From positions 11,036 through 75,035 of the forward strand of contig CAZKFH010000001.1 of assembly GCA_964551945.1 (NCBI GenBank): 64,000 nucleotides of DNA. The letters run 5' to 3'. This DNA is from an uncultured Actinomycetes bacterium (GTDB lineage Bacteria; Actinomycetota; UBA4738; CALAEC01). The number at the start of each line of letters is the position of its first letter. The stretch's first letter is position 1. Below are positions 37,102 to 48,306 of the stretch, one piece after another. The notes beneath the pieces were generated by a model that had not been told where the DNA came from, ran no database searches, and saw only the letters and a program-made list of their open reading frames with translations. Position numbers and translations under genes: made by a program.

Positions 37102-38723
37102 GAATGCTCCCCCGTCTCTCGAGACAGGAAGCTCAGTGCCTCGGCAGGATCGATTCCCTCGAGGAGCGCGGCCCCGCCCGGAGCGGGCACCACGAAGATG
37201 GCCTTGCCCGAGCGCCGCTTTTTGTCCGCCGCCATCGCGCTCGCCAGGTGTTCGGTATCGAGCTCGCGGGGCGCCGCGGTCGGAAGCTCGAGGCGCTCGA
37301 GGATCACCCGGGTGCGATCGGCGAGCTCGGGAGCGGTGATCCCGTTCCGCGCACCCATCTCGGCCGCGGCGACGAGCCCCATGGCCACGGCTTCACCGTG
37401 CGACACCTCGAAGTCGCTCGCCGCCTCGATGGCGTGCGCGAAGGTATGCCCGAGGTTCAAGCTGCGTCGCACATCCGTGTCGCGTGGATCGGCCGCGACG
37501 TAGCCGGCCTTGATGCGGACGGCCTGCTCGACGATCCACTCGAGCCTGGCGGTCGGGTCGTCCGTCTCGAGCACATCGAGCAGCAGTGGGGAAGCGAGGA
37601 TACCCGCCTTCACCACCTCGGCGAGCCCGGTGCGCAGGTCCCGCTCCGGCAGCGACGCGAGCACGGCGGGGTCCGCGAGCACGAGGCGCGGCGGATGGAA
37701 AGTACCGACGAGGTTCTTCGCGCCCGCATGATCGATCGCGACCTTTCCGCCGAGCGCGGCGTCCACCATGGCGAGCAGCGTGGTCGGAACGTTCACGAGC
37801 GAGATGCCGCGGGCGTACGTGGCCGCGGCGAACCCCGCCGCATCGAGCACCGCTCCGCCCCCGATCGCGACAACGACATCTGTCGGCTCGATGCCCTGCT
37901 CGCGCAGGGATGTCAGGGCGTGGCCGAGGACCGAGAGGGACTTCGACTCCTCGCCACCCGGCAGCTCGATCCGTGCGACATCGAGGCCGCTGTCCTGGAG
38001 CGCGACGGCCACCACGTCCGCTGCTTCCTTTGCTCGGGGGTCGGTGATGAGCGCGGCGGTTCGCGCTCGCGGGATCGCGATCGAGATCTTGGCCGCGATG
38101 CGCCCGAGCGCGCCCGTCCCGAGCACAACCGGTCCGTGGCCGGGAGCCTCGACGTCGATGATCGCGAGCTCCTCGCGTGAGATCACACGGAGGTAGCGGT
38201 CCGCCAGCCGTACAGCGGTCTGCTCGATCGACTCACCCGTCGTGTCCAGGGCCTCGCCGGCGTCGGCGTACGCGTCGCGCCGCTCGTGCAGGAGCTGCGG
38301 GATCCGCTTGGCGGGATCCGGTCGCAACAGTGGCCGGTCGTCTCCATTCGCGAGCCGCTTCGCGAGCTCCTGCGGCTCCGCGGTGAGGACCGCCACCTCC
38401 GCGTCCCACGCGAGTCCGCCGAACTCCTCGTGCATCGGCGCGCCGCCCCCCGTGGCGACCACGGTGTATGAGAGGGCGGCGGCCTCGGAGATCAGGGATC
38501 GCTCGAGTTGCCGGAACGCTTCCTCGCCTTCCTCATCGATCATGGAACCGACGGAATGGCCGCTTCGAGCCGCCAGTCGCTCATCGAGATCCACGAACGG
38601 GAGATCGAGCTCCTCCGCGGCCAAGCGGCCCGCGCTGGTCTTCCCGGTGCCCATGAATCCCGTCACGACGAGGCGCGGTCTCCCGGGAGGGAGTGGTGGG
38701 GCTGGGAGGTCCGTGCGTTTCAC
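37098..38723 (-). CDS. aroKB: Shikimate kinase-3-dehydroquinate synthase fusion
   Basis: GFMGTGKT and ATGGG (AroK); [34 protein letters not shown] (AroB). Confidence 0.92.
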   Translation of the reverse strand: MKRTDLPAPPLPPGRPRLVVTGFMGTGKTSAGRLAAEELDLPFVDLDERLAARSGHSVGSMIDEEGEEAFRQLERSLISEAAALSYTVVATGGGAPMHEEFGGLAWDAEVAVLTAEPQELAKRLANGDDRPLLRPDPAKRIPQLLHERRDAYADAGEALDTTGESIEQTAVRLADRYLRVISREELAIIDVEAPGHGPVVLGTGALGRIAAKISIAIPRARTAALITDPRAKEAADVVAVALQDSGLDVARIELPGGEESKSLSVLGHALTSLREQGIEPTDVVVAIGGGAVLDAAGFAAATYARGISLVNVPTTLLAMVDAALGGKVAIDHAGAKNLVGTFHPPRLVLADPAVLASLPERDLRTGLAEVVKAGILASPLLLDVLETDDPTARLEWIVEQAVRIKAGYVAADPRDTDVRRSLNLGHTFAHAIEAASDFEVSHGEAVAMGLVAAAEMGARNGITAPELADRTRVILERLELPTAAPRELDTEHLASAMAADKKRRSGKAIFVVPAPGGAALLEGIDPAEALSFLSRETGEHS

Positions 38724-39877
38724 GTCCGTCCCCGGGGCCGGCCCGCTGTGGCGACGGCGCGAGCCGCTTCGAGCATCGCGTCGAGCCGGTCTTGACCGAA
38801 CCGCTCGCAGAGCGCGTCGGCCAGCACCCAGGCCACCATGGCCTCGGCCACAACCGCGGCGGCGGGCACGGCGGTGACGTCGGAGCGGACGTGCCCCGGG
38901 TTCGCCGGCGCGCCGGTCTCGAAGTCGATGGACGCGATCTCCGCGCGGACGGAAGACAGGGGCTTCATCGCCGCCCGGATGACCACGGGCATCCCGTTTG
39001 TCACCCCGGCTTCCAGCCCACCGGCGCGGTTCGCCGTCCGGGTGACGCCGCCGCCGTCCGCGACGATCGGATCCTGTGCTTCGGTCCCGGGCCGGCCGGC
39101 GAGAGAGAACGCCGGGCCGATCTCCACTCCCTTGATGGCATGGATCGAGGCGACCGCTTGCGCCAGCCTGCCATCGAGCTTGCGATCCCAGTGAACGAAC
39201 GAGCCGAGGCCCGGTGGCACGCCCACCGCGAAGGCGCAGACGATACCGCCGAGGGTTTCGCCCGCCTCTCGTGCCGTGTCGACCGCTTCACGCATGCCGG
39301 TCGAGGCCTCGGGGTCCGGGCAGCGCATCGGATCGTCTTCAGCCAGCGCCGCGAGCCGCTCCAGGGCCGGCGCATCGAGCTGATCGATCTCCGGGACGTT
39401 GGCGACGACCGTTCCCGTCTGGAGCACGAAGCCGCCGACCCGAGTTCCGAACGCCTGCAGCAGCGCTTTCGCCAGAGCACCGGCCGCCACGCGCGCGGCC
39501 GTCTCGCGCGCGCTGGCCCGCTCGCGAACGATCCGGTAATCCTCGTGGCCGTACTTGATCGCTCCGGCGAGGTCCGCATGTCCGGGCCGCGGCGCGGTGA
39601 GCGGCGCGGGGTTCGCGGGTTGGTTCGCGAAGTCCTTGTTCTCGATCCGCATCGCGAGCGGCGCGCCGGTGCTCCTGTCAGCGTGCACGCCCGACACGAT
39701 CTCGGCGTGGTCCTGCTCGATCCTCGTGGATCTGGCGCCGCGCCCGTAGCCGCCCTGGCGTCGGACCAGGTCTCGGTCGATCGCCTTCCCGCTGATCTCG
39801 ATGCCCGCCGGCAATCCCTCCACGATCACGACGAGCTCGGGACCGTGGGACTCACCGGCGGTCAGGAAGCGAAGCAT
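38720..39877 (-). CDS. aroC: Chorismate synthase
   Basis: MLRFLTAGESHG, PRPGHAD, ERASARETAARVA, RSD. Confidence 0.95.
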   Translation of the reverse strand: MLRFLTAGESHGPELVVIVEGLPAGIEISGKAIDRDLVRRQGGYGRGARSTRIEQDHAEIVSGVHADRSTGAPLAMRIENKDFANQPANPAPLTAPRPGHADLAGAIKYGHEDYRIVRERASARETAARVAAGALAKALLQAFGTRVGGFVLQTGTVVANVPEIDQLDAPALERLAALAEDDPMRCPDPEASTGMREAVDTAREAGETLGGIVCAFAVGVPPGLGSFVHWDRKLDGRLAQAVASIHAIKGVEIGPAFSLAGRPGTEAQDPIVADGGGVTRTANRAGGLEAGVTNGMPVVIRAAMKPLSSVRAEIASIDFETGAPANPGHVRSDVTAVPAAAVVAEAMVAWVLADALCERFGQDRLDAMLEAARAVATAGRPRGRT

Positions 39878-40683
39878 CAGACCGAGATCTCCAGGTGGGC
39901 GAGCGCGGCGTCGCGCATCACCTCGACCGGCGGGCGCAGGCCGGTCCAGACCTCGAACGACCTGGCTCCTTGCTCCACCAGCATCTCCACGCCCTCGACC
40001 GTACGACACCCGAGTACCCGAGCGGCGGCAAGGAGCGGCGTGACCCTCGGCCGGTAGACGAGGTCGAACACCGTCAGGTCGGAATGGAGGCCCACGTTCG
40101 GTGGCAGGGGTGAGCGATCGCCGATCGGGGTGGCGTTCACGAGCAGGTCCACCTCCGGCAGCGCGGCGAGCATCGCGTCAGCATCCCCTGCTATTGAGCG
40201 TCCGTCGACGGCCTGTGCGGCTGCTGCTGCACGCTCCGGATCTCGTGCCGCGATCGTCACATCGGCGCCCGAGGATCGAAGCGCGGCCCCGACGGCGCGA
40301 GCTGCGCCACCTGCGCCGAGGATCAGGGCGCGTCGTGGGAGCGGCCGCTGCGCTCGTCGCAACGCGGCCATGAAACCCTCTCCGTCCGTGGAGTCACCGA
40401 TCGCGCGGCCGTCCGTGAACGTCACGGTGTTGACGGAACCGGTCGCCGCTGCCGTGCCCCGAACCTCGTCGAGCAACGGAACGATGGCCTCCTTCAGCGG
40501 GATCGTGACGTTGAGCCCCGCGTGTCGGCCGCGAAGCCCATCGAAGACGCGGGGGAGCTCCTCCAGTGTGACGCGCTCGACGACGTAGTCCATGTCCAGG
40601 TCCAGAGCATTGAATGCGGCGCGATGCATCGCGGGGGAGGGGCTGTGCCCGACGGGGTCGCCGATCAGCGCGATCGTCTTCAC
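39877..40683 (-). CDS. aroE: Shikimate dehydrogenase
   Basis: GDPVGHSPSP.MH, NVTIPLKE, SVNT, GAGGAARA, NATP. Confidence 0.95.
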   Translation of the reverse strand: MKTIALIGDPVGHSPSPAMHRAAFNALDLDMDYVVERVTLEELPRVFDGLRGRHAGLNVTIPLKEAIVPLLDEVRGTAAATGSVNTVTFTDGRAIGDSTDGEGFMAALRRAQRPLPRRALILGAGGAARAVGAALRSSGADVTIAARDPERAAAAAQAVDGRSIAGDADAMLAALPEVDLLVNATPIGDRSPLPPNVGLHSDLTVFDLVYRPRVTPLLAAARVLGCRTVEGVEMLVEQGARSFEVWTGLRPPVEVMRDAALAHLEISV

Positions 40684-41969
40684 CGCAGCGACTCCAGCGT
40701 CTGGAGGAACTCCGGGAAGGAGTCGGCCACGCTGTCCAGCCCGTCGATCGAGACCGGGCCGTCGGCCACGAGCGCTGCGACCGCGAACGCCATCGCGAGG
40801 CGGTGGTCGCCGGCCGCATCCACGGCGCCGCCCCGTAGCGCTTTCGGCCCACTCACCGAGAACCCGTCGGGTAGCTCCTCGGCCTCGGCGCCGAGCACTC
40901 TCAGACCGGTGACGAGCCCCGCGATGCGATCACTCTCCTTGACCCGGAGCTCAGCCGCGCCCCGCACCGTGGTTGTCCCTTCTGCGAGCGAACCCAGGAC
41001 ACCGACCAGTGGCAGCTCATCGATCAGCATCGGCACCTCATCGGCCTCGATGCTCGTCGATCGGAGGGCGGTGTGGTCGACCGTGACCCTCCCTACCGGC
41101 TCGGGGTCATGCGATGCACGTTGCTCGATCTCGAGCCGAGCGCCCATCCGGTCCAGGACCCGCAGGATCCTGGTCCTGGTCGCATTCAGCCCAACGTCCG
41201 CGACCGTTACCGACGAGCCGGGGACGATCGCGGCGGCCGCAAGGAGCGGCGCGGCCGACGACACGTCGCCGGGTACGGGGGCGTCGAACGCACCCAGTTG
41301 GCCTGCATGGATCGAGACGCGGCGGGGCGGACCGTCCTCGATCTCGATCTTCGCTCCGAGCCAGTCGAGCAAGCGCTCGGTATGGTCCCGGGTCGGCGCC
41401 GGCTCGACGACGGTCGTCGCCCCGTCGGCGCGCAGGCCGGCAAGCAGGACCGCGGACTTGACCTGGGCGCTGGCGACCGGGAGCTCGTACTCGATGCCGT
41501 TGAGGGACCCGCCGTGCACTCGGATGGGAGGCAGACCGTCGGTCGTGTCGATCCTCGCTCCCATGCGCCGGAGTGGCTCGGCGACGCGTTCCATCGGGCG
41601 CCGCAGCAACTGCGGATCTCCGGTCAATGTGACGTCCACTTTGGACCCGGCGAGCAGTCCGCATGCGAGCCGCATCGTCGTTCCCGATCGCACGCAGTCC
41701 ACCTCTTCATCGGGTTGGCGAAAACCCTCCCCGCCGTCGATCTCGATCGCGTCACCGTCCTGCGACACGTACGTCCCGAGTGCTCGCAGCACGGCGAGGG
41801 TCGCAGCGCAGTCTCCGGCATCCGAGAACCCCGAGAGCCGGCTCCGGCCCGAGGCGATCGCCGCGACCAGCGCCATCCGGTGCGAGATCGACTTGTCACC
41901 CGGAACGCGAACGATCCCCGAGAGAGGTCCGGCAGCCGGCTCCACCTCGGTGGCGGCCGGGGTCCTCAT
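40680..41969 (-). CDS. aroA: EPSP synthase
   Basis: PGDKSISHR, SGTTMRL, ASAQVKSA, ELRVKESDRI, DHRLAM. Confidence 0.95.
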   Translation of the reverse strand: MRTPAATEVEPAAGPLSGIVRVPGDKSISHRMALVAAIASGRSRLSGFSDAGDCAATLAVLRALGTYVSQDGDAIEIDGGEGFRQPDEEVDCVRSGTTMRLACGLLAGSKVDVTLTGDPQLLRRPMERVAEPLRRMGARIDTTDGLPPIRVHGGSLNGIEYELPVASAQVKSAVLLAGLRADGATTVVEPAPTRDHTERLLDWLGAKIEIEDGPPRRVSIHAGQLGAFDAPVPGDVSSAAPLLAAAAIVPGSSVTVADVGLNATRTRILRVLDRMGARLEIEQRASHDPEPVGRVTVDHTALRSTSIEADEVPMLIDELPLVGVLGSLAEGTTTVRGAAELRVKESDRIAGLVTGLRVLGAEAEELPDGFSVSGPKALRGGAVDAAGDHRLAMAFAVAALVADGPVSIDGLDSVADSFPEFLQTLESLR

Positions 41970-42820
41970 CCGCTCGCGTCCTCCCGCGCCGCCGCGGCCT
42001 CGATGAACAGGACGCGCAGGGCGTCGGCGTCCCCCAGGGCTGCCTCGGCTCGATCGAGCACCTCACGGACCGAGCCGAGGGCCTCGCGAACGGCGTCGGC
42101 ATTGGCGACCAGGAACCCAGCGACCATCCCCGGATCGCTCGCGGCGAGGCGCGTCGTGCCTCCGAATCCCGATGCGGTCAGGTCGCGCACGGTCTCGAGT
42201 GGCAGCGTGCGCGACGCCAGAGCGACGGCGGCCGCGACCAGGTGGGGCGCGTGGCTTGTTGCGGCAACGACCCGGTCGTGGAGCTCCGCCTCGAGGATCA
42301 CCGGGCGAGCCCCGACCGCCTCGATCAGTGCGAGCCCTCGCGCGATGGCCGCCGGGTCATCTCGAACCGGCGTTAGCGCGAAGGCAGCGCCCCGGATCAG
42401 CTCGGCGCGGGCCGCCTCCGAGCCGGACCGCTCGGTGCCGGCCATGGGGTGACCTCCGATCGCGCGAACCTGAGCCGGGACGTGCTCGCGCATCGCGTCG
42501 ACGACCACTCGCTTCGCGCTGCCGGTGTCGATCAGCAGCGACCCGGGTCGGAGAGAGCGTCCGAGGGTCTCCACCAAGCGCACGATCTCGGGCACGGGGA
42601 CGGCAAGGATGACTGTTTCGGCCTCGACCGCCTCCTCGATGGTCACGACGCGATCGCCCGCCCCTCGAGCCAGGCTCTCGGTAACCGCGCCGCGTCGACG
42701 ATCGGCGAGCACGACCTCCTCCGCGACGCCTCGGAGCGCCAGGCCGAGCATCGTTCCGACCTGCCCCGCGCCGATGATCGCGACCCGGCCGAGGTGCGGT
42801 GGGGAGACCTTGTCGGTCAC
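41966..42820 (-). CDS. tyrA: Prephenate/arogenate dehydrogenase (no ACT domain)
   Basis: IIGAGQVG, DTGSAK, GGHPMAGTE, HD...A.TSH.PH, TTRLA; GTG 42820 overlaps upstream stop. Confidence 0.9.
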   Translation of the reverse strand: MTDKVSPPHLGRVAIIGAGQVGTMLGLALRGVAEEVVLADRRRGAVTESLARGAGDRVVTIEEAVEAETVILAVPVPEIVRLVETLGRSLRPGSLLIDTGSAKRVVVDAMREHVPAQVRAIGGHPMAGTERSGSEAARAELIRGAAFALTPVRDDPAAIARGLALIEAVGARPVILEAELHDRVVAATSHAPHLVAAAVALASRTLPLETVRDLTASGFGGTTRLAASDPGMVAGFLVANADAVREALGSVREVLDRAEAALGDADALRVLFIEAAAAREDASG

Positions 42821-43830
42821 GAGCGGCCGACCGCCTCCGCGACCCGCCTCACGTCCTGCATCAGCTCCGCGAACTGCGGCGGGTCGAGCGACTGGGCTCC
42901 GTCGGACAGGGCCTCGGCAGGGTTCGGGTGCACCTCGATCAGCAGACCGTCGGCGCCCGCCGCGATGCCCGCGCGCGCGATGGGCGTCACGAGCGGGGCG
43001 TGGCCGGTCGCGTGGCTCGGATCGACGACCACGGGCAGCGACGTGAGCTGCTTCAGCACCGGCACGGCGTTGATGTCCAGCGTGAATCGGGTCGCGGTCT
43101 CGAACGTTCGGATGCCTCTCTCGCACAGGGCGACATGCTCGTTACCGTGCGCCAGGAGGTACTCAGCGGCCTGGAGCAGCTCATCCACGGTGGACCCGAG
43201 TCCGCGCTTCAACAGCACCGGCCTGCCCGACGCGCCCGCCGACTTCAGCAGCTCGTAGTTCGCCATGTTCCGCGCGCCGATCTGCAGGACGTCGGCGTGC
43301 TCGGCCACGATCGGGACATCCTGTGGCGTTACGACCTCGGTGATCACCGCCATGCCGAGATCGTCGCCGATCTCCCGCAGCATCAGCAGACCCTTCTCGC
43401 CGAGTCCCTGGAAGCTGTACGGCGAGGTTCGAGGCTTGAACGCCCCGCCCCGCAGCACCCGCACCCCCTGGGCGTTCACCACCTCGGCCGCCGCACGGAG
43501 CTGGTCGGCACCCTCGACCGCGCACGGGCCGGCCATCACGCAGATCTCTTTGCCGCCGAGACGCGCGCCGTTGCTCAGCTCGATCACGCGATCCTCGGGA
43601 TGGAAGTCGCGGCTCGCCAGCTTCGCGGGATGCAGGATGCGCACGACGCGCTCCACACCTGCGAGCGCCTCGAACGTCCCGTCGGCCACGGGGCGCTCGT
43701 CGCCGATGAGTCCGACGATCGTCCGTTCCTCGCCCCGCGAGACATGGGGGTCCAGACCGAGTGAACCGATCCGGTCGATGACCGCGGCCAGCTCCTCCTC
43801 GCTCGCGCCCGCCTGCATCACGATGACCAT
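42817..43830 (-). CDS. aroF: DAHP synthase class I-beta with N-terminal regulatory (ACT-like) domain
   Basis: MVIVM...SRGEERTIVGLIGD N-terminal domain; AGPCAVE, GGAFKPRTSPYSFQG, ERGIRTFE, DPSH. Confidence 0.93.
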   Translation of the reverse strand: MVIVMQAGASEEELAAVIDRIGSLGLDPHVSRGEERTIVGLIGDERPVADGTFEALAGVERVVRILHPAKLASRDFHPEDRVIELSNGARLGGKEICVMAGPCAVEGADQLRAAAEVVNAQGVRVLRGGAFKPRTSPYSFQGLGEKGLLMLREIGDDLGMAVITEVVTPQDVPIVAEHADVLQIGARNMANYELLKSAGASGRPVLLKRGLGSTVDELLQAAEYLLAHGNEHVALCERGIRTFETATRFTLDINAVPVLKQLTSLPVVVDPSHATGHAPLVTPIARAGIAAGADGLLIEVHPNPAEALSDGAQSLDPPQFAELMQDVRRVAEAVGRS

Positions 43831-43831
43831 C

Positions 43832-44212
43832 TCAGGCCTCCTCTCCGACCGGCACGGGATCCTGCCGCAGCACCGCGGCCTCGCGCAGGTACACGTGACG
43901 AACATCGGACTGTGCGCTCGTGGTGTTCCACAGCACCAGGACGCGGATGCAGCGAGCGATGCCGGTTGCCCCGCCGTGCTCCAGAACCTGGAGCAGCGGC
44001 ACCTCGCTCCACCCATGCGCCCGCGCGACGGCAGCGGGGGCGGCGTCCGGCAGATCCGCCGTCAGGGTGAACACGGCTGCGGCGATCTCGCTGATGTTGA
44101 AGCCGTTGACGTGCTCCATCTCGTCCAGCAGCTCGCCGACCGCGTCGGTCACGGCTTCCGGCCGTGCGCTGACTACCGTCGTCGCGCCACGGATGCCTCT
44201 CGTCTCGCTCAT
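43832..44212 (-). CDS. aroH: AroH-type chorismate mutase
   Basis: RGIRGATTV, FT.T.DL..A.PA, CIRVLV, HVYL..A..LR.D. Confidence 0.92.
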   Translation of the reverse strand: MSETRGIRGATTVVSARPEAVTDAVGELLDEMEHVNGFNISEIAAAVFTLTADLPDAAPAAVARAHGWSEVPLLQVLEHGGATGIARCIRVLVLWNTTSAQSDVRHVYLREAAVLRQDPVPVGEEA

Positions 44213-44230
44213 GCTCCCTCCCGCGCAAAT

Positions 44231-44259
44231 GAAAAAGCGCGGAGCCTCAGCTCCACGCC
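44231..44259 (-). terminator. Attenuator terminator upstream of aroH
   Basis: Minus strand GCGTGGAGC-TGAG-GCTCCGCGC followed by TTTTT. Confidence 0.8.
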
Positions 44260-44282
44260 TCCTCCTTCGGTCTTTGTTCTGA

Positions 44283-44360
44283 TCAGCCGCTGAGGGGTGG
44301 CGTGGGCCGGCTCGACGCGAAATACGCGTTGTCCGTCCAGACCGTGTTCCCCAGCCGCAT
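44283..44360 (-). CDS. Putative aromatic leader peptide MRLGNTVWTDNAYFASSRPTPPLSG
   Basis: 25 codons with W8, Y13, F14; contains CCACGCC complementary to the terminator 5' arm GGCGTGG. Confidence 0.7.
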   Translation of the reverse strand: MRLGNTVWTDNAYFASSRPTPPLSG

Positions 44361-44370
44361 CGTGCTGGCT

Positions 44371-44399
44371 ATCTTGCCCGGAGCGGGGGAGAGCGTCAA
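44371..44399 (-). promoter_or_regulatory. Sigma-70-type promoter for aro block
   Basis: TTGACG-17 nt-CAAGAT, 10 nt before the leader ATG. Confidence 0.55.
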
Positions 44400-44421
44400 G
44401 AGTGCCCACCCGGACCCCATC

Positions 44422-45312
44422 TCAGATCCCTCGATCCACGGCAGCGGCGATGCGTGCCACCTCACCCGCCATCCGTGCGAACTGAGAGGGATCCAGCGAC
44501 TGCGAGCCGTCGCACATGGCTTCCGACGGTCGTGGATGAACCTCGATCAGCAGGGCGTCCGCTCCGGCAGCGATGCCCGCCCGGGCGATCGGCGCGACGA
44601 GGTTGCTGTGGCCGGTGCCGTGGCTCGGATCGAGCACGATGGGCAGCGGGGAGCGCTGCTTCAGGATCGGAATCGCGTTGATGTCCATCGTGAATCGGGT
44701 CGCGGTCTCGAACGTGCGTATCCCTCGCTCGCACAGCGCAACGTCGGGGTTGCCCTCGGCGAGCACGTACTCGGCCGCCAGCAGGAGCTCATCGATCGTC
44801 GCGCCCATTCCGCGCTTGAGAAGCACCGGCCGCCCTGAGCGGCCCGCTGCCTCCAGCAGCCGGTAGTTCGCCATGTTGCGAGCGCCGATCTGAAGCATGT
44901 CGGCGAGCTCGGCAACGACGGGGACGTCTTCGGGGGACAGGACCTCGGTCACGACCGCCATGTCGAGCCGGTCCGCGACCGTTCGGAGCATCTCCAGGCC
45001 GCTCCGGCCGAGTCCCTGGAAGCTGTACGGCGAGGTGCGGGGCTTGAACGCGCCGCCGCGAAGGATCCGCGCGCCGTTCGCGCGCACTGCCTCGGCCGAG
45101 CGCTCGAGCTGCATGAGGTCCTCGACCGCACACGGTCCGGCCATGAGGATCACGTTGTGTCCCCCGAGCTCGACGCCGTTCGCGAAGCGGATGACGCGGT
45201 CCTCCGGATGCAGCTCGCGCGACGCGAGGAGCGGCCCGTCCGGGACCGTCTTGGCCGTGGCGCCGATCTCGTCGGGGGAGGGGCCGCTCGGCCGGTCGAG
45301 GACCGTGCTCAT
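44422..45312 (-). CDS. aroF: Second DAHP synthase class I-beta, lacking N-terminal regulatory domain
   Basis: AGPCAVE, GGAFKPRTSPYSFQG, ERGIRTFE, DPSH; ATG 45312 overlaps trpA stop. Confidence 0.9.
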   Translation of the reverse strand: MSTVLDRPSGPSPDEIGATAKTVPDGPLLASRELHPEDRVIRFANGVELGGHNVILMAGPCAVEDLMQLERSAEAVRANGARILRGGAFKPRTSPYSFQGLGRSGLEMLRTVADRLDMAVVTEVLSPEDVPVVAELADMLQIGARNMANYRLLEAAGRSGRPVLLKRGMGATIDELLLAAEYVLAEGNPDVALCERGIRTFETATRFTMDINAIPILKQRSPLPIVLDPSHGTGHSNLVAPIARAGIAAGADALLIEVHPRPSEAMCDGSQSLDPSQFARMAGEVARIAAAVDRGI

Positions 45313-46024
45313 GCGGTCCTCCCCGAGGTCACACGATCCATCGCCTCGCGGAGCGACGCGACGTATGCCCGCAGGCCTTCGGGCCCCGCTTCTTCCGCGC
45401 GCTGGACCGCCGCGCTTCCGACGATGACGCCGTCGACGTGAGCGAGGGTCTCGGCAGCCTGTTCGGGTGTCGACACGCCGAAGCCCGCGAAGAGCGGAAC
45501 ATCCGTTACCTCGCGTGTGCGCGCCGCGAGTCGCGGCAGCTGCGCCGAGATCTCCGCGCGAGGGCCCGTGATGCCGGTCCTCGAGACGAGGTAGAGCCAT
45601 CCGTCCGTGGTGCGCGCGGCCGCCGCGAGCCGGTCGTCCGGGGTGGTCGGGGCGACCAGGTGCACGCGCGCCAGCTCCGGCATCACGTCGATCGGGAGGT
45701 CGGCGACGATCATGCTGCTCGCGCCGGCATTCCGAACGTCGGCCGCGAACCGCTCGTAGCCGTAGGCTTCCAGCAACGAGGCGTAGGTCATCGGGACCAG
45801 GGGGACGTCCACGGCCGCTTGCGTCTCCTTCAAGGCGTCGAGGCACGCGTTCGTGCGCATCCCATCGGCAAGGGCTCGCTCGCTGGCGGCCCGGATGATC
45901 GGACCGTCGGCCAGCGGGTCGGAGAACGGGAAGCCGAGCTCGATCACGTCAGCACCCCCGTCGACTGCAGCTCGAGCCAGCTCCGCAACGTCGCGTGTGC
46001 AGACGAGGTAGATCACGAGCGTGC

Positions 46025-46028
<4 letters not shown>
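45309..46028 (-). CDS. trpA: Tryptophan synthase alpha
   Basis: [37 protein letters not shown]. Confidence 0.95.
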
Positions 46029-47139
<1,111 letters not shown>

Positions 47140-47143
<4 letters not shown>

Positions 47144-48306
47144 GCTCCCGCTCCGTGAGCGTTGAGGACGAAGGCGCGCATCGCCTCGGGGTCCTTGATC
47201 CCCGGCGAGGACTCCAGCCCGCGAGCCGCGTCGACGCTCCACGGCCGAACGGTCGTGACCGCGTGCGCGACGTTGCCCGGATTGAGCCGACCGGCCAGCA
47301 TGACGCGCTCGTCGCGAGCCACCTGAGCCGCGTGCGTGAGGTGCTGAGGATCGTCGCCGTCGTGGGGCAGATCGAGCACGCGAGCGACGTCCCGACCGCC
47401 GCGCACGAGCTGCGCCTCACGTGAGCGGTGGCCGTTCTCGTGGGCGTAGGTCTGCACCAGGTCGGTGAGCGGAGGCTCGGCTCCGATCACGACCGCGACA
47501 GACAGCATCGGCTCGGGGACGGGGAGCGGACGCTCGACGCTTCGAGGACTTCGCGTCAGCACGAACCCGGCGAGATCGATGCCGGCCTCGAGAGCTGCGA
47601 GCACGTCTTCCTCCCGCGTCAGGCCACACGCCTTCGTGACGGGCCGAGCGATCAGGTGGCGGAGCTCCGCGGCGGGGTCGGATGCGCGCATCAGCGCACT
47701 CCCGATGAGGACCGCGTCCGCGCCCGCGAGCTCGGCGGAGATGACGTGGCCGCGGTGCTCGATGCCGCTCTCGGCAACGATCACGCGGTCCCGAGGCGCC
47801 CGCTCCACCAGCTCGAGCTGCCGGGCACGATCGATGCGGAAGGAGGTCAGGTCGCGGGCGTTGATGCCGATCGGATCCGCGGCCAGGCCAACCGCTCGAT
47901 CGAGCTCCCTCCTGTCGTGCGCCTCGACGAGCGCGTCCATCCCGCGATAGCGGGCATATCCCTGGAGACGAAGGGTCGCGCGATCGTCGAGATCGCGGAG
48001 GAGCAGAAGGACCGCATCGGCGCCCGCAGCGTGCAGCTGGTCGATGTCGCCCTCCTCGCGGAAGAACCCCTTGGCGAGGAGCGGAAGGGAGGTGACGCGG
48101 CGAGCGGATCGCAGGTCGTCCACCGATCCGCCGAAGCGCTCGTCGACCAGGATCGAGATCGCGGCCGCGCCCGCCCGCTCGAACGCGCGGGTCAGCTCGT
48201 CCGGCCGTGCGTCCGGCCTGAGGTCGCCGGCAGACGGCGAGCGCCGCTTCACCTCCGCGATCGCGGAGATGCCCGGTCCGCCGAGGGCGTCGCGGAGTCG
48301 CGTCAC
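47140..48306 (-). CDS. trpCF: Indole-3-glycerol phosphate synthase-PRA isomerase fusion
   Basis: [25 protein letters not shown] (TrpC); KACGLTR..D, GFV...SPRSV, LAG.L.P.NV, VD...G.E..PGIKD (TrpF). Confidence 0.9.

Noticed and set aside
44283-44465. 60-aa ORF from the track as the leader
   Set aside because: It begins inside the upstream aroF and spans the predicted promoter; only the last 25 codons fit a leader
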